Positions 34,774 to 48,800 of a DNA stretch of 64,000 nt are shown here, piece by piece. Both the position numbers and the translations under genes were made by a program. This DNA comes from Centroscyllium fabricii (lineage: Eukaryota). The stretch covers positions 49,910,001-49,974,000 of the forward strand of contig JBNRSN020000005.1 in assembly GCA_051313645.2 (NCBI GenBank), given 5' to 3'. Each line of letters opens with the position of its first letter. Position 1 is the stretch's first letter. Under the pieces are notes generated by a model. That model was not told where the DNA came from, did not search any database, and worked only from the letters and a program-made list of their open reading frames with translations.

Positions 34774-35624
34774 GGGCAGGATTTTCCTCGGGCCGTGAGG
34801 TGGGTTTCCGGGCAGGACTGCAGCGAAAATAGCAGAAATGAGGGTCCGCGACCCCTCCCGCCTGCTTGTCAATTTCACCCGGCGGGTCCGGTCAGCCCAC
34901 CTCAGTCCCGCCCGGCATCGGCGGGGATGCTCGTTAGGCTCATTAGGGGCCCTTAATTGGCATCGGCAATGCCATTTTAAGGGCCTCTTGCTACTTTGAG
35001 CCTCTTCCCACCAGCTTTCACCGCCTGGTGGGAACACCGCCGGTGAAAGCTGGCGGGCACCCAATCGGCTGGGTGACTGCCACCTTCAAGGCATGGGAAA
35101 CAGCAGCTTGCTAGCCTCCACCATGCTGGAGGTGTAACTGGCACCCAAGGGTGCCAAACTTCAGTGCCCAAAGAACTTAAATCGCTTACCTGCAGATGCG
35201 TCCCACTCATGCACAGACATCGCGCTGCGAGCTGTGTCTATGAAGCAAAGTGTCAATCATCCAGTGGATCAGTTTCTGTTTACATTCCACTGAAACCACA
35301 AACAGAGCCAGCCTACTTAAAGCTGTCACTTTTAGATTTGTGGTTTCATCTGTTGACATAGCATTATGACATCATAATACCCTGAAACCATAGAAAGAGA
35401 AACACCAAGCCTATCAATGCAGCTGCCAATCATTGGCTCTGCTGCTGACACAGGTCAAAGCCCACCCAGTTTCTCGGCAAAATCCCTCAATTGCTAGGAT
35501 CTTCCCACACTCTGGGAATTAATTGGCCAATTAAGCCAGAATTGCATGAGGATTCCACACCCTTTAAAAAGCGGGAAGATAGAGTGATCAGTGGTGATCC
35601 CACCCATTTAGGAAAATCCTGCCC
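34774..35624. mobile_element. Harbinger-like MITE
   Basis: 15-bp TIR GGGCAGGATTTTCCT / AGGAAAATCCTGCCC, TSD GTA. Confidence 0.85.
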
Positions 35625-36594
35625 GTAAGCTTCAGACCAGGTAGGGGTGACAGACTTTTATTAAATTTCAGCAACTTTCTTGGTGATTTGCTAGTGAATT
35701 TGCATTCACAAGTTGCATTGATGGGATTTACACTCATGACCCTGTGTTTGTTAGTCCAGTATCATAACCAGTAGGCTACCACACCTTTGTTTTAGGGGAG
35801 CAGATATAAGGGGAGTGGACATGAAGAGGTTCTTTCTTTGAGCCAAGAGAGCTGATTATACAAAAAATGAAACTACAAGCTAAATATAACTTGAGGAATA
35901 AAGGGAGTGTAGTAGTGAGATAGTATATTTGACGCCAAAACAGGAAGGAGATAAAAAGAAGTCTGATCAGGTGCGAGCAAGGACCTGAATAATAGGATGG
36001 GCAGAATGGTCTATTGTCATTCCTGCCTTCTTGTACTCTTATTTTTTATATGTCTACTGGTGCACATCTGTGGCTTTGCACATGGATTTATATGGAGCAG
36101 GCTCTTACCCCTTTCCCGTTCCTGCTGGTAACCAGTACTCACCCAGTGAGAGAGTGCAACACTGAGGTGGTATCTTTTGTGAGCAGACTGATATTCAGTA
36201 AAGGGGAAGCTGTGGTTGTGGCAGTTATGATTGGTGAGGTGTAACCAATTAGGAAGCAGAAAATTAGACATTTGGCCAAGCAGAAAGAAGATTACAGACA
36301 CATAAAGAATTATAAAAATTTCCTTTCTGAAGGTGGTGTTTTGCACTGGGGTACTGTCCCATGGGCACGTGCAGCCCTCTGGTGCCTCATTCAAGTGACC
36401 ATTAGGGATCACAGCTAAGTCTAATTTTCCATCTTTCCTAACCTGGGAACGCTCATCCAATTGTTCATATATCAAGAGCGCCATTTATTTGTACTATGTT
36501 TAGTGCTTTGGGGGAGGTGTACATAAGTCGCAGTTTTTGTCATGCGACTTGTGATCCGGTGGTTAACAATATATTGTTTGCACATTTTCCCTAG

Positions 36595-37404
36595 GATCCT
36601 GATGTAATAAACACGTCTTTGCCGGTAGAATACGGGCCTCCAGCAGAAGAAGAAGGAAATGTTCCTATGCGCCCAGATGACCCTGATGGATTATCGCCAC
36701 TTTTAGTTTCACCAGCACAAGAAACAGAGAATGAAGGTGCATCCACTGACCCCTCCCCACCACCCCAGCGTCCGACCAGCCTCTGCCTTGGTGAACATCG
36801 GATCAAATTTGTTCCAAGCGATACAGCTGTTGTACATACTGGAGGGCCAGCTGAGGAGGGGGCTCATGTCAACAAGATATACTCACAAATTAACAACTCT
36901 TCTGCTTTACAACAAGGTAGGGGCTCCCGGAAAAAACCCACCAACCTCTGGAACCCTACGTATGGGTCATGGTTCACAGAAAAGCCCATTGTGCAAAACA
37001 ACACTTTGACTGACAACAGACCACCGGAAAGGGAAGACTCTGGTTTCCATGCCAGCAGCGGTTCTTCTACGACCATCCCAACATCCAGGCCGCAGGCCTC
37101 TGCTGTTGTACTTGAACCTTCTTCCCTTGTCGCCAATACATTGGATGTGCCTCTATTCCGGCTGCAGCATTTCCCTTGTGGGAATGTGAGTTATGCATTC
37201 CAACAGCAGCAACAGCTGCAGCAGCAGCAGGGATTGTCTCCTGAAGCTATATCTGCTTGTGTTTCTTGTAAGGAAGATTACAACTCACACATTAGCAAGG
37301 GCCTACCTGCCCAACAGGACCCACGTGTTCACCCTGTTGCCAATATACCCACTTGGGACTCAGGACTCTCTCTAGCAGAGGATGTAAATGTTACTATACT
37401 GTAA
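36595..37404 (+). CDS. ALK: ALK terminal coding exon (equivalent of human exon 29; C-terminal tail)
   Basis: TAG acceptor, then DPDVINTSLPVEYGP...KPTNLWNPTYGSWFTEKP...VPLFRLQHFPCGNV...NVTIL*. The tail after NPTY matches ALK rather than LTK. Confidence 0.95.
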   Translation, partial: DPDVINTSLPVEYGPPAEEEGNVPMRPDDPDGLSPLLVSPAQETENEGASTDPSPPPQRPTSLCLGEHRIKFVPSDTAVVHTGGPAEEGAHVNKIYSQINNSSALQQGRGSRKKPTNLWNPTYGSWFTEKPIVQNNTLTDNRPPEREDSGFHASSGSSTTIPTSRPQASAVVLEPSSLVANTLDVPLFRLQHFPCGNVSYAFQQQQQLQQQQGLSPEAISACVSCKEDYNSHISKGLPAQQDPRVHPVANIPTWDSGLSLAEDVNVTIL

Positions 37405-38649
37405 AGGAGAAAAACTAAAAGGTGGTTTTACTTAGGCAAGTGTTACACCAACCAAAAAAAAAGCAGCAGCAAGTACCATTTGGCTCACAGGACTAGCGCA
37501 GGGTTTTTGTTTTAAATTGAAAATATAGTGAGAGCCACATTTGAATATGAGAAGGTACCAAGCCTGCGTACTGGCAATCTTGGGCTGAAGTTACAGGTAC
37601 AAGAAAGTGACTGCAGCACTAACGGAGCTAATTTATAGCGTTACAGTAACTTTTGAACTAATATAGTGTTTTTGAGTAAATGTTCCACAACAGACAAAAC
37701 CCGCTGCACAGAATTCCCCCCGCTGGTATTATTTTTGCTGAGCTTTTAATTATCATGTCCCATTGCTCACCAGCTTCAGCATATAACATTCTGAGGAGGG
37801 AGATGATCGGGATCAGTAAGATCAAAAAGAAGAATGAACTTGCGTTTATATAGCGTCTTTCACGATTTCAATATGTTTCAATGTATTTCACAGCCAATCA
37901 AGTACTTTTGAAGTGTAGTCGCTGTTAATCAAATGTGAGAAGTTCTTCATGCAAAATCAAAGGGAGAACAAGGAGACTTAACACCCTCTAAATTATGCCG
38001 GGATCAGGCGGAGACTCAGCCTCTTACAAGGCCAAGTAGGAACGAAGACACTAGGCCGACACCTGGTGTAACCAGATCCTGGCCTATTTTCTGGTCCTTT
38101 TGCCACACTCCCACCAGAGTTACTGCAGTGGTGCACTGGAAATGCCCAGAATTTTCAGCCTCAGCATGTACAAACAAGCAAAACCTATTTGGCCACATCA
38201 AGCTCACACTGTTATCCGGACCCTCATTTAAGTCCTTATTTGACCATTTATTCATATTTTTCATATCCACATCCATTTCCCTCTCGTTCCTGCTAAATTT
38301 GGAATTGTTCCAATTCCCTTTAAATTCTTCAACAAATAGCAATGTTTTGCACAAGTCAACAATTATAAAGGATATATTTATAAACTGAACAAATCCACAA
38401 GTCAAAGTTAATGTAAAGAGTAACTTCTTCAGACTTAGATTGTTAATAATTAGCCTACCATAAAATACACTGAATGTGATCTGGTTAAAGTTGGTTAAGT
38501 TGTTTCAGCAGGCATAGAACCTTGGTTTAACTAGATAATAATTTTCATAATTGTAATAAATGAAAGGGTGACCATGCCCAATACATATATATATCTTCCA
38601 CATTTAAGTACTAAACCTTCATCATGAAGATTTCAGTTCTTTTGAACTC

Positions 38650-39497
38650 TTAGCGCGCGATCTTACCTTTCAGTGTGAGTTTGGAGTGGGTCAGCTGCCT
38701 TCCGGGTTCCGATCCCACCCCCAATGACACCTGACGCACTGATGTAATTTTACATCCATTGGCCTTGTTAAGCCCGCCCTGCGGGCTTGCCGGCCAATTA
38801 AGAGAAAGCCAGTGTTAGATGACATCAGTTGATGACGCGTCATCTGCTGGTTTTCTTAAAGGGGACACGCACATTTTTTTTACATGATTTTTCAGTGTTT
38901 GACAGCATTGAGGTGCTGCAAACACTGCCAATCACTGTACAAAGGTGAGCCCTTGTACCCAGGCTCTCCGGTGACTCTCTCCTTAGGCTAGAACAGATGG
39001 CAGCTGCAGATGAGGTTACAGAAGCGATCTGTCACTGGTGAGAGAGGTTCTCCCAATGAGGTGGGACTACACAAATACTTCAAACCTTGTTATCTACAGA
39101 AAAGTCTAAATGCATTAAAAATGATTTTCCTGACATTTTCTTACCTCTGAAACTCACCAGTGCACCATTGGATCCTTCACACCACTTCTGCAGCTGTCAT
39201 CAATGCACAAACCTTACAGTGGACCCACAGCACGCCAGACTTACCCTGGCGTGGTGTCCGGATGTCGGAAAGCCCGCAGTCGACCTGTCAAAATTGAAAA
39301 GAGCCTGTTAACAGGCAGTTGAGTATCCTCTTCCCGCCACTAGGTGTCGGGTCCCTGCGCAAATCAGGGACCTGACACTTGGGAAGATTGTATGGCGGCG
39401 GGTTGACAGCGGGTTCGGCACTCGCTGTCAATCTTTGCAATTTTGCCAGCAGTCCCGCCTCCAAACCCGCCCCTTGAGCACCGGTAAAATTCCCCCC
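38650..39497 (+). mobile_element. Shorter non-autonomous relative of the 24.7-26.5 kb Harbinger derivative
   Basis: Shares GACAGCATTGAGGTGCTGCAAACACTG, GATGGCAGCTGCAG and GGCGGGTTGACAGCGGGTT blocks; ends AAAATTCCCCC. Confidence 0.65.
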
Positions 39498-40338
39498 TTA
39501 CTATCATGCTGTGCAGGTGGTATTCGGATGTTGAAGCGATTAAATATACAAATCCCATCATTGCTTTTTCAGAAGGGCTCCATGCTTCATTACTGAAAAT
39601 CTCAACCCTTTGAACTAGTGGTGACTCCATTTTAACCCACTTAGATTCGGGGATAGTTGCCTTGCAGCACCATACATTGGAGACATGAAAATTATCTAGA
39701 AGTGCAGAATTTTCCAGAGTAACACCATATTCCCTTAATAGATTTTTGGTAGTATGTTTTGAGAATGTAGAGTTTAGAAGTAATTTATTTAAAATAATGT
39801 TCAGGTTAAAAAGTTTTGGGTTGTTGCCTTTACATGTATATACCAACTGGATATTTATTAGGGCTGAATGGTCTTCCTTGTATTAATATATCATCATGAA
39901 ACACTGGCCTCGATTTTAACTTGCAGGGGGCAAGGACACCCACCCCACAACTCTTTAAATATGCCTCCAATTTGCTATTTTAACCTGAGGCCTGAGCGGG
40001 ACTGCACTGGTGGCTTCCCCACCAAGCAGCCAGGGCCAGAAGAGGTCTATCGAGGTAAAGTTTCCTTCTGGGCCAGGAGGAGCCGCATCAGTAACAGAGA
40101 ATTCCCTCCTGACATTGATTCCTGCCAGGCTCAGTCAGGAGTCTGAGCTTGCATATGTAAATGTGGTTCAGGCAATTAAAACCTCCAGGTCTCAGCATGC
40201 AAGCTTGTCGCTCGCCATTGCCAGGGGTGGGGGAGGAGACCTTCCCCGCTCTGAGTTCAAATCAAGGCTGCTATTTCTGGAGTGAGTTAATGGATTCTGT
40301 GGGGAAACACAAAATAAGCAACAGAAAAAGAATCTTAG

Positions 40339-40945
40339 GTCATAGAGTCATAGAGTAATACAGCACAGAAAGAGGCCCTTCGGCCCTTCGCACCGGGCCG
40401 CCCATCAATCCCAGTCTATACTACTCCCATTTTCCCGCATTTGGTCCGTAGCCTTGTATGCTGTGGCATTTCAAGTGCTCATCCAAATGCTTCTTGAATG
40501 CTGTGAGGGTTCCCGCCTCTACCACCCTCTCAGGCAGTGAGTTCCAGACTCCAACCACCCTCTGGGTGAAAAAGTTCTTCCTCACATCCCCACGATACCT
40601 CCTGCCCGTTACCCTGAAATTATGCCCCCTAGTTATTGACCCCTCAACCAAGGGAAAAAGTTCCACTCCATCCACCCTATCTATTCCCCATATAATTTTG
40701 TACACCTCAATCAGGTCCCCCCTCAGCCTCCTCTGCTCCAAGGAAAACAATCCCAGCCTGTCCAGTCTCTCTTCATAGCTGAAGCGCTCCAGCCCAGGTA
40801 ACATCCTGGCGAATCTCCTCTGCACCCTCTCCAAGGCAATCACATCCTTCCTATAGTGTGGCGACCAGAACTGCACACAGTATTCCAACTGTGGCCTTGC
40901 CAGCGTTTTGTACAGCTCCATCATAACCTCCCTGCTCTTATATCC
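40339..40945 (-). mobile_element. CR1 LINE 3' fragment
   Basis: KSREVMMELYKTL.RPQLEYCVQFWSP...FFTQRVV. Confidence 0.92.
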
Positions 40946-42220
40946 TTGAGTCGTACAAGCCAGTACCTTATTTCTCAAGGAATACATTTGTGTGTTGAAT
41001 CTATTGTACTGTCTGCTTCAGTGCCTTTCCCTGATACCATTCCATAACTCTGGTTAAAAAAGTTACTTTTTAGCTCACCTACTTACCCTTACTTCCTCAT
41101 GTTTAACTTGAAATAGAAAATTAGACCAGAGAATTGTAAGTTTGTATCCCAGTATCAACTGACATTGGGATTTTTTTGTTGGGGCGAGGAATACTGAACA
41201 GGAATATATATTTTCTGGTTGTTATTTCTTTCAGTAACTGTTCTGATTTTATGGAAACAATTTGCCTACATATTACTGCACTCCAAAAGTCATTAATTGT
41301 GTGAAGCATTTTGAGATGTTTTGATGCTCCATAAATGCAAATATTTCTTTCCTTTCGTTTGTTGAAGGAAAATCCTGTGTAAAGTCCTGTGAGACAGGAT
41401 TCAGGTCAGACTTCTTCATTTACCTGACCTGTTCAAAAGAAATAAAGATATTTGAGGGTCTGAACTTTCAGCTGCCTCAGAGAGAGCCAATCTGTTAGTA
41501 ACTAGGAAGCCAGTTTTTGACTTGCCATAAAAAAAAATCCATCTGACCGAAAGAGACCAACAACAAAGTTAATGTTCCACATTGGGTACAAGATCTACAA
41601 GCTGTAGGGAGCTACCATTCTCACAGAAGGTACTGAAATCTCTAAATAATATAAATGTTCATTATGTCTGTTTCAACACTGTTCAGAAACTTCTTGTCTG
41701 GGTGAAACTGGCTCCTTATTGGTTGATACTGACTGCATGGTCACCAAGCCAGAATACACAATAATTTAGAACATGGTGGTGTCAGTGTACGACCTTTCTG
41801 CATAAGTTTACCAGTTGCAGCTCCTCCCTGGTGATCAGTTGGCATTGTAAAGTTATTATTAGATGCATGGCCCTATGATTGTTTTACATTGAGCTTAGTT
41901 ATCAGTTACAATGAATAGGTTTTGAAGTCATGTATTTTAAAAGAGCTGGATGTTAAAATTAAAATCAATAAAACCTAGGAATTGCAATATTAGTGTAAGA
42001 ATGCTTAATACATTTGTATGACATTTATTTATCAACTATTTTAACAGAGGCATTAACCTATTTATTTTAAATAGGATGACATCTCCCATAAAATAGTGAA
42101 CAGAAGAAGTATGTCACAGAATGCTAACATTGCAAACAGTAATTTCTCGGCTTAAAGCATTAATAATTTGATCTTCAGATTCTGATTGCTGAAAACACAC
42201 GGTCATTTTTTTCATCTAAT

Positions 42221-42970
42221 GGGGGAAAAATTGGTCAGCGCATATTTTGTGGCGCTGACCTGGGCGATGCGCTATTTTTAGCGCCAGCAATGAACTGCCG
42301 CAAAAAATGCCGAAATTGGCCGCATCGCCCATTACGGGTGGGCGGGTGCTGAATCGGGTGGGTCGCCTCGCTCTTGGTGTGATGCGGCCGAATATCGGGG
42401 CGTTGGGGCAGCGCTGCGTGAGGAAGCCGTAGCGTCAGCCCGCGGAACGGCAGGCCTTCCTCCCCGGTTAAAGGGGGGGGCCTAGCACGGCTGCGGCCAG
42501 AGCCCCGCGGGGCCGCCGAGGGAGCAGGAGGCGGAGAACAAGCCCGGCACTGGAGGGAAGTGCGCCGGGCTCAGCTGACAGAGGCCTTACCCCGCCGGGG
42601 GAGCAGCGGGGGGAGGCTGAGGAGGAAGGTGCTGGCGGTCGGCCAGCAATAAAAATGGCCGACCGCCAGCACTTGCCTTTAAGCAGCGCTCGGGCGCTGC
42701 TGTTTCGGCAGGGGAAAGCTGGTGCGGGCAGCGCCCAGCGACAAAACTGTGGGCGCTGCCCAATTTCGGCCACGGGTGCCTCCCAGGCGCTGCGTGGCCT
42801 GATGACATCATTCGCGACGTCCAGCTGGGCACTAAATTCGTTGGGGCGCTAACAGTTAGCCCCCAACTTAGCGCTGAGCTGAATTTAACGCTGGGCGCTA
42901 TTCCTAGCGCTAATTCTGCGGCGCCCGGTTAGCGCTAACGGGCTGGTGCTAGAGCACCAATTTTGCACCC
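42221..42970. mobile_element. GC-rich Harbinger-like MITE
   Basis: GGGGGAAAAATTGG...CCAATTTTGCACCC; many AGCGC(T/C) repeats. Confidence 0.7.
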
Positions 42971-44316
42971 AAAGTGTGTTAATTTTAGCAAGCCCACATT
43001 TGGAAATCATAACTTTAAGCAGCAGAATTATCCCATCTGGTATAACACTGCGTGAATGTATATTTATTTATTGATATGTATGTATATATTATATATATAT
43101 ATATATATTTAAATATCATGGTGTAAAATTATTGATAAATGATTCATTCCATTCTTAACACTTTATTTATGGCATGTAGCTCCTTCAAGGTGCTGAGGTA
43201 AATAAAGACCTACCTGTTGAAGATAAAAGAAATTTCTTGCCAAATGTTTAACAGTGTTAACCATCAGTTGCTGAGCCAGAGTTATTATAATTTTCATCAG
43301 GCTGTGGGAAGTCTGTCGACTGTTCATATGCCTCATTACAGGTCAATGTAAATACATTAGGTCAGTTGGCGTCTGAAAGAGGAAGACAACTGAAGGTCTT
43401 GCATGTGATTCTTCATCGTGAAGGGTTACACCTGAAATATTAGTGTGTCCTTTTCTTTCACAAGCTTGGTTGAATGATCTTTCTTCCAGAAAATAACTCT
43501 AGGATCTTCCCATTACAGCATCTAACTCTTTTCTTAGAGTCCAATATCTAAGGTTTCAACTGTTCTTTCTGACCTACCTGAAGTGGGCTTCTAGCATTTT
43601 ATGTTGTTTTTCAGATTTCCAGCACTGTTGCAGATGGTACTGGCTGCAGCCCATTGGTATACCAACGAATATACAAATAATCTTCAAAACACCCTGGGAA
43701 TTTCAACCACGTTGCTCCCTTTCAAAGGTGGTTGGATGATATTTATCTCCATGTTAAACAACATTAATTGTACGGAGCCTTTCCCACTTAGTCTATATTT
43801 TAAATGCAATAACCATCTCTCCCTGAACAGTATTCACTGCCAGTGTCAAGTTAACAAAAAAAATATTTCCCCAAACATTCAAAATGGCTTTTAAATTAGA
43901 TGCAAAGTTCAAACTCTAAAATATGACAGAAATCTACCACCATTTTGGTGAATAATTTGGTGGGATTTTCAGCATTCTCAGTGAGAGTTTTAAAAATATG
44001 TTTGAATGTGCTTAAGTTGAATGTTGTTTAACTGCTTGAAAATATGGAAATGCAATGTTATTTCAATTGTTACCCACACCAATTCCAACTTTGGTTTTGG
44101 GTCAGGATCTAATAATCACTAGTACATGTGCACTCTCAATTACTGATTACATTTTGATGTTTTCAATGACAAAATCGCATTCATGCACCATTTTTGTAGT
44201 GTTTCCTGCAGGGTCCTATGGAACAATAGAGAAAGCAGACAAAGTAATTTTACTTTAAATAGTTTGGAGCTTCTACTGTTTACTTTGCATTATATATGTA
44301 CGTAAAACAAGAATGT

Positions 44317-44957
44317 CATAGAACATAGAACATACAGCACTGTACAGGCCCTTGGGCCATCAATGTAGTGCCGCGCTTAGTCCGTCTCTGATTTTTCCTG
44401 TCCCCCCTACTCTTCCTTCCCCTCCATGTACCTATCTATCATCCTTTTAAAAGCCCCCAGACTGTCCACATCCACTATTTCAGATGGTAGCCTATTCCAC
44501 TCCCCGACCACTCTCTGTGTAAAGAACTTGCCCCTGCCATCCCTTCTGAATCTTCCTCCTTGAATCTTGTGCTCGTGCCCTCTTGTTGTCGTTCTTCCCA
44601 CCCGGGGAAACAGTCTCTGCACGTTTACTCTATCGATCCCCTTCATCATCTTAAACATCTCTATTAAGTCCCCCCTCTTCCTTCTCCGCTCCAGGGAGAA
44701 GAGTCCCAGCTCCCTCAACCTCTCCTCGTACGACTTTCCCCCCATTCCCGGCAGCATCCTGGCGAATCTCCTCTGTACCCTCTCCAACGCCTCCACATCC
44801 CTCCTGTAGTACGGTGCCCAGAACTGCACACAGTACTCCAAGTGTGGTCTCACCAGTGACCTGTACAGCTGTAGCATGACCTCCCGGTTCTTAAACTCTA
44901 TTCCCCTGTTGATGAAGGCCAATACACCATAGGCCTTTTTTACTGCCTTATCCACCT
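44317..44957 (-). mobile_element. Young CR1 LINE 3' fragment
   Basis: Open ORF2 C-terminus; near-identical to 33991-34585. Confidence 0.92.
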
Positions 44958-45744
44958 AATTATTAACAGTGGGTTACTAGACAGTTCTAGCACAAGTGAG
45001 TAACCATCCTGACTGTTATCTCTTCTGGAACGTGCATGTGTTAACTTCAGCCGAAAAAAAGAGTGGCTCATCTCTTCTGTGGTTGAATAAGTCTTCTGAC
45101 ACTCACTGTTTAAACTCACACAAGAAGGATATCCACATGGGTTATTTATTTAGATCTTCATTTATTTAATCTCTTGAGATCACAAGATAGCTACAGATGA
45201 GGAAGGCCACTTAGTTGATCTTAATGCAGCCACTTGGGATCAGGCTCATCTGTAATCATGGATGAATAGTCTCCATGTTTTTCCCCTGACCCCGATAGTC
45301 AAGAACACTCTACAATATCTGTCCCCAATTACAGCACCATTATTGCAGTTAGGGTGTTTGCTAACAATAGTTATAGTTCCATGGTCTAAGCACCACAGAA
45401 ACCACCATGTCCCATGGAGTATGCGCATTGTATGAGGAAAAGGAATAGATTATCACAGTAATACTGGAAATCTCTGCTGCAGCCAGATAGGCTCGCGCAC
45501 TGCCAGCACTAATCAGAAATTTGGGCACACATTAAAAAAAAGGCTAGTGAACAAATAGTTTGCAATTATTTATCTATTAAAAATCAAGACAGTGCAATTA
45601 AGATCATAAAATGAGCTACTTCATCACTGGAGTTTAGTTCCCCATTGAAAAGGCATAAGAACCTTTGTTTGAACTAGCTTTCATGTTGTTTCCCCATAAA
45701 CTGAAGATAAGGGGATAGGGTGGGATATGTGTCGGTGCAGGCTC

Positions 45745-45888
45745 GATGGGGATCTAGGGATATGGGGACAAGGCAGGGACAGGGTGCTGGGTTTGGATGA
45801 TCAGCCATGATCTCATTGAATGGCGGAGCAGGCTCGAGGGGCCGAATGGCCTACTCCTGCTCCTATCCTCTATGTTTCTATGTTTCTA
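45745..45888 (+). mobile_element. Short CR1 3' end
   Basis: GATCAGCCATGATCTCATTGAATGGCGGAGCAGGCTCGAGGGGCCGAATGGCCTACTCC plus TATGTTTC tail. Confidence 0.75.
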
Positions 45889-48800
45889 ATTGCCCTTGAG
45901 AAGGTGGTGGTGAGCCGCCTTGTTGAACCGCTGCAGTCCGTGTGGTGAAGGTACTCCCATAGTGCTGTTAGGGAAGGAGCACCAGAATTTTGATCCAGTG
46001 ACGATGAAGGAACGGTGACATATTTCTAAGTCAGGATGGTGTGTGACTTGAAGGGGAACTTGGAGTTGGTGGTGTTCCCATGTGCCTAATGCCCTTGCTC
46101 TTTAGGAAGTGTTGCCAAAGAAGCCTTTGCGAGTTGCTGCAGTGAATTTTGTAGATGGTACACACTGCAGCCATGTCGCACCAGTGGTGGATGGAGTGAA
46201 TGTTTAAGGTGATGGATGGGGTGCTGATAAAGTGGGCTGCTTTGTCCTGAATGGTGTAGATGAGTGTTGTTGGAACTGCACCTATCCAAGCAAGTGGAGA
46301 GTATTCCATCACACTCCTGATTTGTGCCTTGGTGGCGGTGGAAAGGCTTTGGGAAGTCAGGAGGTGAGTCACTCACTGCAGAATACCCAGCCTCTGACCT
46401 GCTCTTGTAGCCACAGTATTTATGTGGCTGGTCCAGTTACGTTTCTGGTCAATGGTGACCCCGCCAGAATGATTCAACAATGGTAATGTCATTGAATGTC
46501 AAGGGGAGGTGGTTAGACTCTCTGGTTGGAGATGGCCATTGCCTGGCACTTGTGTGATATGAATGTTACTTGCCACTTATCAGACCAAGCCTGGATATTG
46601 TCCAGGTCTTGCTGCATGCGGGCAGACTGCTTCATTATCTGAGGAATTGTGAATAGAACTGAACACTGCAATCATCAGCAAACATCCCCATTTCTGACCT
46701 TATGATGGAGGGAAGGTCATGAGGGAAGGTCATTTACGAAGTAGCTGAAGGTGGTTGGGCCAAGGACACTGCCCTGAGGAACTCGTGCAACGATGTCCTG
46801 GGGCTGTGATGATTGGCCGCCAACAACCACAACCATCTTCCTTTGTGCTAGGTATGACTCCAGCCAGTGGAGAGTTTTCCCTCTGAGCTCCATTGACTTC
46901 AATTTTACTAGGGCTCCTTGGTGCCACACTTGGTCAAATGCTGCCTTGATATCAAGGGCAATCACGCTCACCACACCTCTGGAATTAAGCTCTTCTGTTC
47001 GTGTTTGGACCAAGACTGTAATGAGGTCGGGAGCCGAGTGGTCTTGGCGGAACCCAAACTGGGCATCAGTTAGCAGGTTATTAGTGAGTAAGGGCAGCTT
47101 GATATCACTGTCAATGACACCTTCCATCACTTTGCAGATGATTGAGAGTAGGCTGATGGGGTGGTAATTGGCTGAATTGGATTTGTCATGCTTTTGTGGA
47201 TAGGACACACCTGGGCAATTTTCCACTTTGTCGGGTAGATGCCAGTGTTGTAGCTGTATTGGAACAGCTTAACTCGAGGCACAGCGAGTTCTGGAGCACA
47301 TGTCTTCAGCACTACAGCCAGGATGTTGTCGGGGCCCACAGCTTTTGCCGTATCCAGTGTGCTCAGCCATTTTTTGACACCACATGGAGTGAATCGACTT
47401 GGCTGAAGTCTGGCATCTGTGATGGTGGGAACCTCAGGAGGAGGCCAAGATAGATCATCCACTCGGCAATTCTAGCTGAAAATGGTTGCTAATGTTTCAG
47501 CCTGATCTTTTTCACTCACGTATTGGCTCCGGCATCATTGAGGATGGGAATGTTCATGGAGCCTCCTCCTCCCGTTAGTTTTTTAATTGTCCACTGCCAT
47601 TCCTGACTGGACGTGGCAAGACTGCAGAGCTTTGATCTGATCCATTAGTTGTGGGATCGCTTAGCTCTGTCTATAGCATGCTGCTTCTGCTGTTTAGCAT
47701 GCATGTAGTCCTGTGTTCTAGCTTCGCCAGTTTGGCACTTTATTTTTAGTTATGCCTGATGCTGCTCCTGGCATGCTCTTCTACACTCCTCATTGAACCA
47801 GGGTCGGTCGCCTGGTTTGATGGTAATGGTAGAGTGAGGGATCTGCCAGGCCATGAGGTTGCAGATTGTGGTGGAATACAATTCTGCTGCTGCTGATGGC
47901 TCACTGCGCCTCATGGATGCCCAGTTTTAAGCTGCTAGATTTATTCTGAATCTATCCCATTTAGCACAGTGGTAGTGTCACACAACACAATGGTGGATGT
48001 CCTCAGTCTCCACAAGGACTGTGCAGTGGTCACTCATACCAATACAGTCATGGACAGATGCATCTCTGACAGGTCGATTGGTGAGGACAAGGTCAAGTAG
48101 GTTATTCCCTTGTGTTGGTTTTATCACCACCTGCCGCGGGCCCAGACTGGCAGTTATGTCCTTCAGGACTCGGTCAGTGGTGGTGTTACCGAGCCACTCT
48201 TGGTGATGCATATGGAAGTCCCCACCCAGAGTACATTCTGTGCCCTTGCTACCCTCAGTGCTTCTTCCAGGTGGTGTTCAACATGAAGGAGTACTGATTC
48301 ATCAGCTGAGGGAGGGTGGTAGGTGGTAATCAGCAGGAGGTTTCATTGCCCATGTTTAATCTGATGCCATGAATCTTCATGTGGTCTGGCGTCAATGTTG
48401 AGGGCCTCTCAGGGCTACTCCCTCCCTCCCATATACCACTGTCTGGCCAACTCTGGTGGGTCTGTCCTGCCGTTCGGACAGGACATATCCAGGGATGGTG
48501 AAGGAGTGTCATGTGGGCTGAAAGGTACGATTCTGTGAGTATGACTATGTCAGGCTGTTATTTGACTAGTCTGTGTTCACGTTCAAGTTTACTGTATTTG
48601 TCACATCCATCATTATACATGTACAAAGTGCAGTGAAATGCTTAGTCGCAAGCTCCATGTCTGTGCTCTCCGGATAACAATAAATACAAATAATAAATGA
48701 ACAATTATAAGAAGAAAGGCATTCAATCATCAGTATGCCGGCCCTTGGCAACCCTTGGCAGTGTCTTTAGGATCCAGATGGCTTGGGGGTAAAAGCTCCT

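Noticed and set aside
38555-38560. AATAAA as the ALK poly(A) signal
   Set aside because: Several candidates exist (about 38555, 41442, 41967, 43201) in AT-rich DNA; cannot choose without transcript data.
43081-43108. (TA)n microsatellite and the poly-C run near 63396-63414
   Set aside because: Ordinary simple repeats.
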